A DNA stretch of 64,000 nt, taken from the NCBI RefSeq assembly GCF_009834535.1, contig NC_045697.1, forward strand, positions 12,898,001-12,962,000, written 5' to 3'. Positions 48,801 to 62,539 of the stretch are shown in pieces; position 1 is the stretch's first letter; the number at the start of each line of letters is the position of its first letter. The DNA comes from Camelus ferus. Its lineage: Eukaryota. The position numbers and the translations under genes are program-made. The notes beneath the pieces were generated by a model, which saw only the letters and a program-made list of their open reading frames with translations, was not told where the DNA came from and did no database searches.

Positions 48801-50940
48801 AATCTTTTTTAACTTTCAGTAGCCTCTCTGCATGTACCCACCAAATATGGAATCCAATTTAAAAAAAAGTAAAATTAACATTTATTGAGCACCTACTATG
48901 TGCCAGATAGTTTCTGCATGACACAGGGTCCTTCTGTGTCATGCCCATGATTTGATCCTCAGCATTGAACATAGTGATTGGCATATAAAATTTGCTCAAT
49001 AAATCATTATTGGATAGAAATAACCAATTGCATTTAATTAAGTGTTTAGTAAGTGTAGTCAAAGAACCCAACTTGAAAGCGAATGAAAAAGAGAACTCAA
49101 GTAGAAACTTCTGAGGATGTGGTCCACTAAAATGCCATTCCTTGCTCAGAAATTACCGTGCATCAAAGCCTATGTGTTCTTTTGTAATCATAGAATAACT
49201 TTTTTACTTTATCCTTTCCAAAATCTAGTGAAGTTGGCATAACCTGTATATTTATCTGAACTCAAAATTCAGACAGTTTAAGTCACTTGCTGTATGTCAT
49301 CATATGTCAGAATTGGAACAAGAACCCAGACTTCTAACTCCAGTGCTTTTTCCATCTTTCATAAGCCATCTAAAAGTTCTCATTTTAATAGATTTTTCCT
49401 GTGGAATTGAAGTCTCTTATATTGCTATTCTACATTATTATTTATATTCCATGTATTATGTTTTGTCCTCTATGCAAGATCATAAGTTTAATTATGGTGG
49501 GCACTTGGTTTTATGTCTCTATTTTAGGCAAATGGAAGTTTGTAGGTCCTCAGTACATAGCTATGTAAGGATAGCATAAATGACATCACACCTGTGATTA
49601 AGCTGTCCATATGCTCACATCTTTGAACATCTCTACTCCCTGTCCACCTTCAGGCATAGACATCATGCTGCTGAATCTGCTGTTTGACTATGCTAATGAT
49701 GTGGAACGTGGAAAGTACACCATTTGCAATCTCCGTGTGACAGAACAGAAATGAATGGGTCATGCTTTGATTTGTATGGTGCCTTTGGCCAGACCATACA
49801 TGCTATTTTCTAAGTACCTAGATTATAAAATACAGACACAGAAAATTCAGAGACAGCCATACATCAGTGGAAATGACTATACTTCCCAATTGGACCAGTT
49901 AAAGGAAAATATATCTTTTTATTATACACCCTCAAGCAGTTATCTTAATCACCTTATGGAAGATTACATCTCTTATATGAGCTTTGGTTAAATATCACAT
50001 ATTTTGATGTTTCCATAGTCATTCTTTTTGAAAGTGAACACTCATTGTTTGAGAATATAGCTTGGTGAATAAAATTAGCATGAAATTTTGCTTCATTCCG
50101 GGTGCTGGGGAATAAATATGTATTTTCCAGGGATCCAGGTAAATGTGAAGTGGGGGAGGGCTTTTGAACAAAGTGAAACAGCTCAGTGAATGATACAGAG
50201 ACATATTCAGGGAAATGCAAGTGGTTACGTGTATCTAGGGTATAGGATGGGTGTAGATAAATTGAGATGAAGGAAGAGAAAAACATAAGCAACCACGAAA
50301 GCCACATGAAGAAGTCTGAACCCCTACAAAGGACAAAGGTAAACCATCAAAAGCCAGAACGACATACTGTCTTGGCGACTGGATGTGAGTAAAATTACAA
50401 GCAAAAGTGTCTGTCAATAAGCTAAAGACGCTTTAGGGAAAGGTAGGAATGAGAAAGAAATGATGTGGTTGCAGATCATACTTGAATATGAATGCATCAG
50501 GATCAGTTAGACACTCCACTAACATCAGAATCTTAAGTCTGTAAAATGGAAATAATGCCTTTCAAAAATACAGCTGTTGTGATAAAACGCGAAAGTGTAT
50601 GGTCATCGTTGGGGGTACAATAGGCGTTTAGTAACCGAGAACATCACTGTTGCTGCTGAACAGGGCACACCGATTTTGCATGACTTGGCCTCTTCCTTCC
50701 TCTGTCCCTTTGCCTCTCATCATTTCCTGCTCCCCAGATGTGAAGTTTCAGCAACACTGAATACAACTCATTGCATCTTATATCCACGTCATTGCTGATT
50801 CTATTGTCTTTGGAATAATTTCTCTGTTGTGTTTCCTTCTCATCTCAGCTTCTCATTACAGGATTTTAATCCACCTGGAAGGCTTTCCGCCTTCTTCTCT
50901 GATCTTCATATTTTCTGTGTGTGCCTTTAATATCTTCAGT

Positions 50941-51015
50941 GGGGAGGGTATAGCTCAATGGTAGAGCACATGCTTAGCATGCACAAGGTCCTGGGTTCAA
51001 TCCCCTGTGCCTCCA

Positions 51016-51059
<44 letters not shown>

Positions 51060-51086
51060 ACCTTATTACTTATGCCCCCTTCCAAA
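50941..51086 (+). mobile_element. tRNA-Ala-derived SINE, camelid Vic-1 type, with internal (TAAA)11
   Basis: GGGGAGGGTATAGCTCAATGGTAGAGCACATGCTTAGCATGCACAAGGTCCTGGGTTCAATCCCC contains an A box (TAGCTCAATGG), a B box (GGTTCAATCC) and an AGC anticodon arm. It is followed by (TAAA)n, CCTTATTAC, a C-run and a short A tail, as in Vic-1. Inserted into an L2 remnant. Confidence 0.9.
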
Positions 51087-53859
51087 ATACCTTGTATTAA
51101 AGTTATCTCTTTATGTCTCTATCTCTGCCGTGATCCCATTGGAGTCTGTGGCTCTATCATACTCTCTGTGACAGCCCCAATGCTTCACACATACCTTACC
51201 GTAACTGCCAACGATGGCTGAATTTAAAAGGTAGACAATTATTTAATGAAAGCTGGCCATAGCAGTTGTCCAGATTAAAGAGAAACGGGCGTTTAAATAA
51301 GTGAATAGTACTGGAGATGAAGAGGAGGTGTAAGCTTAAATAAACACCTAGCAGACGGAATAGAGAACATTCGGTGCTTCCTTTAATATTTTAGTTGACG
51401 GAGAGGGAAGAGTTGAATTGAACTCATGCTTTCTGGAATGTAGAAATAGTTACTCACGGTGCTCTTGCCCGAGATGGGGAATCCAGATGGAAGCGCACAT
51501 GTGCGGGGCTGCCGATGAGGGATGCCCACGAGACATCTGAGAAAGCACAAGGTTTAGACGGAAATGCATCATAATCAGACTTCAGTAATGTGATTTGCAT
51601 CCACCTCTCATTCTGCCTGAGAAGTCCTTCCTCCCATTCTTCATCCTGGTAATTGCTGCCTCTTTTCAAAATTTGACCCCGGCTCCTATTCTCTTGGGGA
51701 GCTTTGCCTGACTTGCGGGTTGGATGAAAGTTCTCTCTTGCCTGCTCATCTCACTTCTCTCTGGCACAGGACTTATCACACTGTCTCAGAGGAGATGCTC
51801 AACACTTATTCATTCATTTTTTTAAATGAAGACTTATGGAATCAATAAGACTGATCTCTTTAAAAATAAAATAAATTGTTTAGTTCCACAGCACTAAAAA
51901 TTAGCCCTCACTGTAAAAACGTAAAGGAAACAATACACCCCAACAACCTGGAAAGCTCACGTCTTTATTAAGGCCAGATGGATTTTTTCCCCCCCTCAAA
52001 TCAAGGCCTGCCACAGCACAACATTAGGGAAGATATCATTTTACTTTTAATTTGTATTCCCTATTTCAGAATTATGAGAGTGCAGTCTTCTTCAGATTAT
52101 GTTAGACTGAATTTGTTTTGCATTTTTTAAAAAATATTCTTGCCTAAGGGGTTCACTGTGTTGGTCAAAAGGAAATTCAGGGCTCCAAACCAGCATAACC
52201 CTTCTCACCTTCAGAGGAAATGGTTGTACTTCTTGAAAAATTTTAGTAAAAATTGTGTCAGGTGGCCATCACATTAGGAAACAACCCTTATGGGAAAAAA
52301 AAATTGTGAAAAATCAAACGCTAAAATTCCACTCAGTAAAAGATGTTGTCCACTCTGGACCTGAGAATTTCACTGTCATAGTTTTGAGTGCATGTGTATG
52401 GTTTCAAGGTCTTTATAGAATAGGCAGGGAGGTGTTGCTCAAAGGGGCTTGAGGAAGATGAAAGGGTTGCTTAAGAAAACTGAACACTCATTCAAGCCAT
52501 ATTCAGTTTAACATACATGGAGGTAGAGGTATATATATAGCTGTAAGGAATACATTATAGGGATTTGAGGCAAGCATCCTTTTTAAAAAAAATATATTCA
52601 CTAAATATAGCTGGGTAATTATTCTGCTATGGTTCAGATTCATTTTCTTTCCTTTTAGTTTCATGTATCCTAATGAGGGTAATTCAGGCATTTTCCATCC
52701 CACACATATGTGCTACCAGTAAGAATCATAATTCGAATCCTGTAAATCAAATATGTCACGCATTGCAGTGCCTGGCCAAAAGGAGCTATTCAGCAAATAT
52801 TCTCCCCTACACTTTTCCGCTTAACTCTCTGAAGATACAATAGTGACTGCTTTGTGAATGTGACAACGTGCTAATTTAGCTTTTGGTAAGCACATTTTTC
52901 ACACGGTGGTTTTCCTTTCATTGTAGTATCACTAGAAGATGTGAGAGGATTTAAGTTCTAGCCAGCATGGAGATCTATGTATCTGCTAGCTATCGATCCA
53001 GCTTACAGAAAGGCACAGAGAGCCTAAATTGTGCTGAGCAAGGGTTGTTTTTTTTAACCACAATTACATTTCTTTGACTAGGGGCTCTGGTACGTAATTA
53101 CTTTTCTTCAAAAAAAAAACTTCTTAGCCCATCACAATAGCAACAGACCTAATAGAGCCAAATAGATCCCCGAAGTTACTGGAGCTGATCTTCTAGCTGA
53201 TAGAAGCTATTTCTTTCAGTTGAAAAGGAACGCACCTCTGGCCTTTATTTTCTTGTTATAAAATTCAAATAAAGTATTTAGTAGCATTTTGCCGTATCTC
53301 TTTCAAGCAACTCTAAGTGTGCCTACAAGTTCTTTGATTTAGGAGTAAATTTCCACTGAACTTTAATTTGTCATCATCATTGTTTAGGGGACTGAAAGTG
53401 TCCGAGGCTATCTTATAAACTGAATGGGACTGAGTGTAAGGTATATGGGAATATTGTTACCATCTTGCTGGCAAAGGCAGTGTTGGACACCAAAAATGCC
53501 CATACACCCGAGTAGGAACCGTAAGCTCAGGAATTCCACCTGCTATAAAGGCTGATAATGGAAAAGGAACTTGGTAAATGACACACAAAGGTTGAAAGGT
53601 TTTTCACGTTTATTGGCACTAGGACTAAAGCAGAGTGAAGGCTAGGGTGCAATATTTAAGGAGGTGTTCCCTCTCAAGGTCATGCAAGTCCTTCATTCCT
53701 TCACCCCAGTCCCAAGCAATGTCTCAAGCTCTTTTGTGATTCAGTCAGTCAGTGGGACAGAGCATTCCAATCCAGAAGTTATAATAATGAAAATTAATAT
53801 TCCTTTAGGTGTTCACTGTAAACCTCTAATGTGTTTTATTTTTCATTATCTCATTTTCT

Positions 53860-53995
53860 CCTCACTACACCACTATGAGATAGATATAGATAATATCTTC
53901 ATGTTAAAGATGAGAAAACTGAGGCTCAAAGAAGCGATTTGCCCAAGGTCTCACAGCAAATGTAAGATAGAACTAGGATTAAAACTCAAACACAA
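53860..53995 (-). mobile_element. MIR SINE
   Basis: AGATGAGAAAACTGAGGCTCAAAGAAGCGATTTGCCCAAGGTCTCACAGC. Confidence 0.85.
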
Positions 53996-54193
53996 CATAA
54001 CAGAGAGCTGGGATTCAAGCCCGGGTGGGAGGACTCACTATACTTTGAATGAAATTCTCAAGCGCCTTCCCCGTGCAAACAGGAGGCCAGAGTGCCAGCC
54101 TGGGAGGAGGCCGGAGCAAGGCTTGTCTGTGGTAGCTGAGTATATAATTAAAAGAAGTTGAAAAGACTATTGTAAAGATGGTGGGACTGGGAC

Positions 54194-54779
<586 letters not shown>

Positions 54780-54821
54780 AGTACATAGTGGCAATCCTAC
54801 TCCTATTATCCAACACTATCT

Positions 54822-55235
54822 AGCATCAGTCAAGACAGGCCAGGCTCTAATGTAATAATGAGCAAACTTGAAATCTCAGTAACTTAATGCCATAAATGCT
54901 TTTTTGTTTTTCCTTGTTCACGCTATAGGCACAGCATGGCTTGGCAGGGGCTCTGCTCATGTGCTTTCCCAGGGACCCAGGATGTCAGAGTCTTATCTTG
55001 GCACATGCTTCATCAGATTACAGAATGGAAAAAGAAAAGCTGGAGAATTGTGTGCTGGTTTTAAACCTTCTGCATGCATGTGACATATCTCAGTTTCTTT
55101 CACATTTTAAGAGCCAGAACAAACCACATAGCTCTGCTTAAATTGAGCGGAGACAGAAAGCACAATCCTAGTGCTATACGTGTGAAAGATGCTCAGGGTG
55201 CTAGGCTGAGAAGCAGGAACCAGATCTTGAAACAA
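54822..55235 (-). mobile_element. Old MLT1 (K/L-like) LTR
   Basis: CATCAGTCAAGACAGGCCAGG...AAATCTCAGTAACTTAA...GGCAGGGGCTCTGCTCAT...CAGGGACCCAGG. Confidence 0.65.
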
Positions 55236-56329
55236 TGTATGTTATTTCTTGGTGGGGAGGCAGCTTTAAGGATGGAAGCTGTCTCAGATATTTTTTATTT
55301 GTTTATTTACTTTGGTTTTGGTTTCAGTGTGGAGGGGCAATTATACTTTGTATTGCAAGATATCTGGCATTTTCACTATGCCAAATAAAAACCAGTAACT
55401 TCTCCCCACCTCTTGATGAGAACAAAAAACACCTCCTACACCCTGAAAGAGTGAGCTGTGGGCTGGAAGGACCAGCCACTGGGCCACAAAGTGCTGCAAT
55501 TTAGGAATAGCCAATAATATTCAAGGTTCAGTCCTCAATCCCAGACCCTTAGATCAGTAAAAGCAACACAGAACTCACTTGCTCATAAATGTCATTCATT
55601 TTTGAACTCAAGAAATGGAAATGGAATGAAGACATTGCAATCTATCCACCAAGGGTCAGACAGTAGGATGGAAATAATTCTGCAAGAGATATAATGTCAA
55701 GGAAACCAGTAAGAGGAAGGGAGAGAATATAGACCAAAGGAAATAAAGTACGGTTTGTTATAGCCCTGACATCTGCAGAATTTGCAAGGAGAAATTTGCC
55801 TAAATGCCTGCAGTGTTTGGAGTTAAGAAGCAGACAAATATTAATTGCAACAAATCGTAAATACAATAATTTGTAGAAGCCATGTGGAAGTATTCGGTTG
55901 GGTATATTATGGTCTGCATGCATAAGTTGGGAAACATATTGCTGACTATGGCCAACATCAAAACTAGTGAAATGTGCAGATTTTAATACCTCATTTCACT
56001 GTTGTTTTGCAGCAGTAAAATACTTTTGCAATTATGTAGCTTTGAATATTTCTTATGGAAAATTACTTTTTCTTAATAGAATGACCTTTTAAGTTGTGGT
56101 AATACTTCATTTTAATTTCAAAACTATTTATACCACTTACAGTTAGTGTCATATGATCTACAACTTTTAATTTATGGCCTCTTATTCTCTAGATTTTTTG
56201 TTGTATAAATATTTCCCACTTAATATAATTTTCTAAGAATGATGCTGTTATAAATATGTCAAACGAGGAGACAAAATTAATATCATTTGTGTTTCTATAC
56301 ATTGTAAAACATGACAATGAACAAAAAGA

Positions 56330-56872
56330 CAAAAAAATTAGAAAAGTTAAGGAAAATCACTTAGGTAGTTTAACAATTAATATATACAACATTAACATCT
56401 TTTCTATATAAAAATAATAACCAGATAAGAATCATAATTGATGGAAAGTTTCCACATACAATAACAATAAAAAAAGATAAACTGCCTAGGAATAGACTTA
56501 AGAAATATGCATGATTTATATAAAGTTTCCACATACAATAACAATAAAAAAAGATAAACTGCCTAGGAATAGACTTAAGAAATATGCATGCTTTACATAA
56601 AGATAAATTGAAAACATATTTAAATTATTTAATGAGCCAAAATAAAGTTTTAAGTAATTGACCACTCTTATTAGGAGACTCAATGTAGTAAACATTTAAA
56701 TTCATACAAAATTCATCTAAAAATGCAGTGCAATCCCAATTAAAACACAATTAGATTTTATTGAAAGTAAACATTGGATAACAGCTATGAAGATAGTGGG
56801 AAAAAAGAATAAGGAGAATGTATCACGCCAGATACTGAAATCACTACGGTAATTAAAACAGCTTTCTAAGGA
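56330..56872 (+). mobile_element. Old L1 ORF2 fragment
   Basis: AAACTGCCTAGGAATAGACTTAA, AGGAGACTCAATGTAGTAAA, TGCAATCCCAATTAAAA motifs. Confidence 0.75.
56445..56598. repeat. 77-bp tandem duplication
   Basis: 56445-56521 vs 56522-56598: first 69 nt identical, 75/77 overall. Confidence 0.95.
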
Positions 56873-56876
56873 TTAG

Positions 56877-57263
56877 TGTATCAGTCGGGACGTACTAGGA
56901 TATTCTGAAGCAACAGACTACCTCGAGATCGTCACGACCTACAACAAAGGCTTAGCTTCTCGCTCATTCTACAGTCCACTGCAGGTCGCCTCAGAATACT
57001 GTCCACGACTCCCAACTCTAGGATTCAAGCTGACAAAACAGCATCACCTTGAGCTTTACAGGTTACCATGGCAGATAGAGAAAGAGCCCTGAAGTATCGT
57101 GCGTTATTAATGAAACGCTCCAGCACCTGCTGTGTCTCTTCGCAGCTCACTGCACAGAGATGGCCCCATCTATCTACAAGGAGGCCTGGGAAATGGAATC
57201 CTGTCGTGTGCCTGGAAGACAGGGAGCCCGAAATCTTTGGTGATCAGCGCCAATGACCAGTGC
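56877..57263 (-). mobile_element. Old MLT1 (K/L-like) LTR, CpG-rich
   Basis: TGTATCAGTCGGGA..CTAGG...ACAACAAAGGCTTA..TTCTCGCTCA...GGATTCAAGCTGAC...ACAAGGAGGCCTGGGAAATGGAATCCT...GAAATCTTTGGTGA. Confidence 0.7.
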
Positions 57264-57359
57264 TATTAGAAATAAGCAGATAAATAAAGCAGACAGAAGC
57301 ATCCAAAGTAGAGTATAAGAATGAAGTTTCTAATAAGATTGGAAATATAATATTGAGAC

Positions 57360-57390
57360 TGTGTGTTTGCATGTGTGTGTGTGTGTGTGT
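57360..57390. repeat. (TG)n microsatellite
   Basis: Read directly. Confidence 0.9.
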
Positions 57391-58296
57391 CTTCTTTATT
57401 AAGTAGCTAACCCTCCATTCAAGAAGGATTTACCCTTTTATGTTTGTGCCTACAATATGCTAAGTGTGGTTATAAGTCCTTGGGATATACTGGTGAAGAA
57501 CAAAACCAACAAAAAAACCCCTTACTTTGTTTATCAGAGATACAGTTCTGAGGGATACATGATTCATGTCCTCACAGATCACGATGTTCCCAGGGAAAAA
57601 GTAGATGTTCCTGATTACACACACAATTTTACAAGAACGCTTTCATTACATGTACATTATGCTTCCGAGTAGATTGTTTGGATATTTGTTTAAATTCTCC
57701 ATTTCCTTTCGGGCTTTAATAACCAATTCTCATTAAACTATTTCTTATAACACAGATATGTATGCCTTGGTTTGTACTCTTAAAAAAAATTTTAGTCCAT
57801 AGATTTTATATTAAATGATTCTACCTATATGTTTTAATTTCAAAATTTCAAAAAATATTCATTATTTTATATAAATGCATCATTATGTGCATTAATTGCA
57901 TACACATTTAATAAAACACTGAACTAGAAAGAAGAAAATATTTTCTTCTAAGCTGCCACCTGTAGATGTCCACTTTTATTCTTTTGAAATGACTTTATTC
58001 CTTTTTTACATGGCAACTACCATATAGAAACTGGAAGTTCTTTAAAGCTTGAAAAATCTGAGAAAAAAGAAAACCCATGATTTCGCTTGAGTTTTTAATC
58101 TTAATATCAAATAGTCTTTTAATAACCTGTTCAAATTGATGCCATGCATTTTTCTACTAAGGTCTTCTATTTTTTCTTCCTGGATAAATTTTGCTGTATA
58201 TTATCTTAAATATAATGCTATGTATTATCTTAAAAATAATATGAGTATATAAAACTTGTATTATCTTCCATATTAGTCATATTCTTCTTCTTTAAC

Positions 58297-60215
58297 TTTT
58301 AAATAGACTCTATTTTTAGAGTAGTTTTAGATTCATAGCAAAATTGGGGAGAAAGTATACTCCCTGAACTCACATATGCACAGCCTCTCTCACTATTAAC
58401 ATCCTTCACCAGAGTGGTACATTTATTACAATCGGAAAACCTATATTGACACATTATTATCATCCAAAGTCTGTAGTTTACTTTAGGGTTCAGTTTTGGT
58501 GTTATATATTCTATGGGTTTTGACAAATGTATGATGACAGGTATCCCACAGAGCAGTTTGATACCCTTAAAGTCCTTCTATTCAGCTGGAATCGTACAGT
58601 ATGCAGCCATTTCAAATTGGCTTCCTTCACTTAGTAACATGCATTTGATTTTCCTTCGTGTGTGTCCAGGCCCTGATAGCTCATTTCTTTTTATTGTTAA
58701 ATTAATATCCCTTTGTTTGGACATATCATAGATTATCCGTTCGCTTACTGGAGGGCATTTTGTTTCCAAATTCTAGCAATTATGAATAAAGCTGCTATAA
58801 ACATTCGTGTGGATATTTTTGTATGGGCATACATTTTTAACTCCTTTGGGTAAAAATGTTAAGAAGCATATTGCTGGATGGTATGGTAAGAGTATGTTTA
58901 ATTTTGTAAGAAATTGCCAAACTGTCTTCCAAAGTAGCTATTACCACTTTGCACTCCCGCTGGCTATGTATGAGAGTTCTTGTTGCTCCACATCCTCACC
59001 AGCATTTGGGTTGTCAATGTTCTGAATTTTGGCCATTCTAATAGGCATGTGGTGGTATCTCGTTGTTTTACTTTTTAATTAACTAACATGAGTTCCCCAA
59101 TGATAGATGATGTTGAACACCTTTTCATCTGTTTATTTTCCATGTGTATATGTTCTTTGGTAAGATCTCTGTTCAGGTCTTTTGCCCATTTTTTAGTTGG
59201 GTTGTTCATTTTTCTATTGTTGATCTTAAGAGTTGTTTGCATATGTTGAGTAATTGTCCTTTATAAAATATCAGACATATTTGCAAATGTTTTCTCCCAG
59301 TCTGTGGCTTGCCTTAATCTCTTGAGCGTCTTTACAGAGCAGAGTTTTTTTCATTTTAATAAATTCCAACTTATCAATGATTTATTTCATGGACTGTGTC
59401 TTTGGTGTTGTAACTAAGTTCACTGCCATACCCCAAAACATCTAGATGTTCTTCTATGTTATCTTCGAGGCATTTTAGATTTTCGTACTTAAACATTTAG
59501 GTCTGTGATCCATTTTGAGTTGGTTTTTGTGTGTGGGGGAATGTCTGTGTCTAGATTCATTTGCTTGCAGGTGGATATCTAGTTGTTTCAGCACCATTTG
59601 TTGAGAAAGGACTATTTTTCTCCATCCTATTGCTTTTGATTCTCTGTTAAAGATCTGTTGGATATATTTATGCAGTCTATCTCTAGGCTCTCTATTTTGT
59701 TGTATTTATCTATTTGTCTATTCTTTCATCAGTACCACAGTGTCTTGGTTAGTGTAGTTTTATAGGAAGACTTAATGTCAGATAGTGTCAGTCTTCTAAT
59801 GTGGTTGTTGATGGCTCTAGAACTTTCGTCTCTCCATATCAACTTTAGAATCAGTTTATTGATAGTCACAAAATAACTTGCTGGTATTTTGATTGAAATT
59901 GCATTGAATCTATACATCAAGCTGAAAAGAACTGACATTTTCACAATATCTAGTCTTTTTATTTATATGGGTCATCTCTCAGTTTATTTAGCTTTTCTTT
60001 GATTCCATTCATCATATTTTTATAGTTTCCCTCATATATATCTTACACATATTTTATTTTATTTATACTTAAGCATTTCACGTTTTGCAGTGCTAATATA
60101 GATGATATTATGGTTTAAATTTCAAATTCCGGTTCTTTAATGCTGAAAAGTGATTATATTTTGATTATTAATCTTATATCCTGTCATTTTGCTAGAATCC
60201 CTTATTAGTTCCAGG
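58297..60215 (-). mobile_element. L1MC-like LINE, 3' UTR plus distal ORF2
   Basis: 3' end TTTTTAGAGTAGTTTTAGATTCATAGCAAAATTG...CACCAGAGTGGTACATTT...TTCTATGGGTTTTGACAAATGTAT. ORF 59729-59944 (LMYRFNAISIKIP...LTLSDIKSSYKTT..KTLWY) is a recognisable L1 ORF2 remnant. Confidence 0.92.
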
Positions 60216-60727
60216 AATCATATCCCTTTTTACTAAATTTGTATTTTTTCTTTTTGGTTTTCTCAGAGTTACTGAAATTGTAACTATGTTCTTTCTTTAA
60301 TCTAAAAATTTGGCACTAGGCATATAGAAAGTTTATTCAATTTTTGGATTCACTAATTTCTGTTTTTTTTTTCCTTGAAATATTTACTTCATTTTTACAT
60401 TGATTTTATGCTAATTTTACTTAAATTTTGAGCTGAATGATTATAGCCATTTGAGCTGAATGATTACTATTCTCTTCCTGTCCTTTTAATCACAAAAGTA
60501 TTTATGCAATTTGATTTAACACTGAGTACTTTGTATGTATCTTATGCCTAAGCTATCATAGGAGATTAACTATGGATTCATATGGCTGAAAAAATTACTA
60601 GCTCTGTGACACTGAACATGTAAAATGAGACAGCAACATCTTCCACAGAAGACAGTTGTAATGATTAAATAAAATGATCAATGGAAAAGACAGAGCAGAA
60701 TATCAGGTACATAGTACACACACATGG

Positions 60728-60973
60728 TGGGTTGTTACTCAGCCATTAAAAAGAATGAAATCTTGCTTTTACAACAACATAGATGAACCTAGAGGGTACT
60801 ATGCTAAGTAAAAAAGGTTAAATGGAGAAAGACAAGAGACAAATACCATATGATTTCACTTATATGTGGAATCTAAAAAATCAAAAATAAATTTTAACAA
60901 ACTTAAAACAGAAACAAACTCATAGAGAACAAACAGGTGATTGCCATAGGAGAGGAGGTCAGGGGACTGAGTG
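60728..60973 (+). mobile_element. L1MA-like 3' fragment abutting a MIR (about 60590-60727)
   Basis: TTACTCAGCCATTAAAAAGAATGAAATCTTGC...ATGAACCTAGAGGG...CAAATACCATATGATTTCACTTATATGTGGAATCTAAAAA. Confidence 0.88.
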
Positions 60974-61257
60974 TATATATTTGATAGGTATTTTTTGATA
61001 TATATTTACTTAGGTTCAAAATTTTAGAAACCTCTACTAAAACATACTTACAAGTTATTTTATTCAAGTTAATTGTCCTTATTTTTATTCTCTAATCTGT
61101 CAGTGACAAATGGAGGTAGTCTATAAAAATATAAGCTACCTCATAAGGTCTGAATTTCTTCCAGTGTAATCATTCTATTTGCAAGGCACTTTGGTTTTCT
61201 ATATCCAGGTGCTATGAAATTTATGACACATTTGGCATAATTTCATTATGGAGTGTA

Positions 61258-61400
61258 CAGAATACAGCCACACCCACTTCCTTGCATATTATCTATGGCT
61301 ACTTTCACACTACAATGCCAAATTTGAGTAGGTGAGACAGATAAATGGCCTATAAAACCTAAAATATTTACTATTTGTTCCTTTATGGGGGAAAAAAGTC
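61258..61400. mobile_element. MER58A-like hAT MITE, partial
   Basis: ACAGCCACACCCAC...TATCTATGGCTACTTTCACACTACAATG...AAACCTAAAATATTTACTAT. Confidence 0.85.
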
Positions 61401-61587
61401 TCTACATTGTATATCACTTCGGAAACAGTAGCAATTGGCACTTTCTGTATGATATATTGCATTCTTTATCTTGCTAAACTAGGGTAAGATTTTTTTTTTA
61501 TGGCATAAAATATATAGGCTCAGATGGAACCAGGGATGGTAAAAGAGTAGAGGTCCACAAGAAGAACAATTACTATAAGGAAATTTA

Positions 61588-61663
<76 letters not shown>

Positions 61664-61677
61664 GATCTAGATCTAGA
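61588..61677. repeat. Compound (TCTG)8(TCTA)11 tetranucleotide STR ending in (TCTAGA)3
   Basis: Read directly. Confidence 0.97.
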
Positions 61678-62539
61678 AATATGTCAGAATGAGAGCTGTC
61701 TGGATTGTTTCCACTCAGATCATTTTCTTGAGGATGGAAGGCTTCTCAACATATTTTTAAAACAGGGACTGAGTCTGTTAAGGGACGGGGTTACAGACTA
61801 AATTTATGGAAATGGTTTAAATAAATTTTAGGATTAATTGACTTTTCACAATAATTTTTAACGATAAACTACAATGCTATGAAAAGAAATATGATAAACA
61901 GGCCATATAAACCACTTTCTTTGCATCCTTCTAAAAGTGAAGATTTTCCCAAGCAGGCAGCCACTATGGGGATTCCCTGCTCCCCCGACCACAAAGCTGA
62001 TTTTGAAATACCACCAGTGTTGTATCTCCATTTATTTCAGGGGGTTTTGGAACACTTTAAAAAATGCTCAAGGGAAAGTTGATTTGAAATAACTTTAATT
62101 TACAAAATAAATACATGAAATATAGCAATTTTAGGAAACCCTAGGTTATGACATTCAGTTAAACAAACAAAAATTAAATAACCACAGAATCAAGAAACAT
62201 GAACTCCAAGAACAATAGATAATATTTACTGTAGAAAATACCCCACAATTCTTGTAACATGCTTTTTTAAACTGTCTATGCAGAATACGAGCACTTACTC
62301 TCTCTGATTATTTTGGCACATAATCATATTCAGTCTTACTACATTATAGTATTAGTGTTGTCTTACAGAATAACTCCTGGATCATTACTATTGATGAGAT
62401 AATATCTTGTTTTAAGACCTAGATTCAGACTCCTTGAGACAAGGGGCTATTTATAACTCCCTGTACTTGCATAAGTCAATAACCTCTCAGTGGCTGGTTT
62501 CTCTGTGTGACCTGATACGTCGATAAGAAAGCACAATCT

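Noticed and set aside
50941..51015. tRNA-Ala(AGC) gene
   Set aside because: Followed by the SINE-type (TAAA)n/C-run tail rather than an oligo-T terminator; better explained as a SINE.
53664..54161. 165-aa ORF, the longest in the track
   Set aside because: GTG start, runs through a MIR (MRKLRLKE is the typical MIR translation), no recognisable domain.
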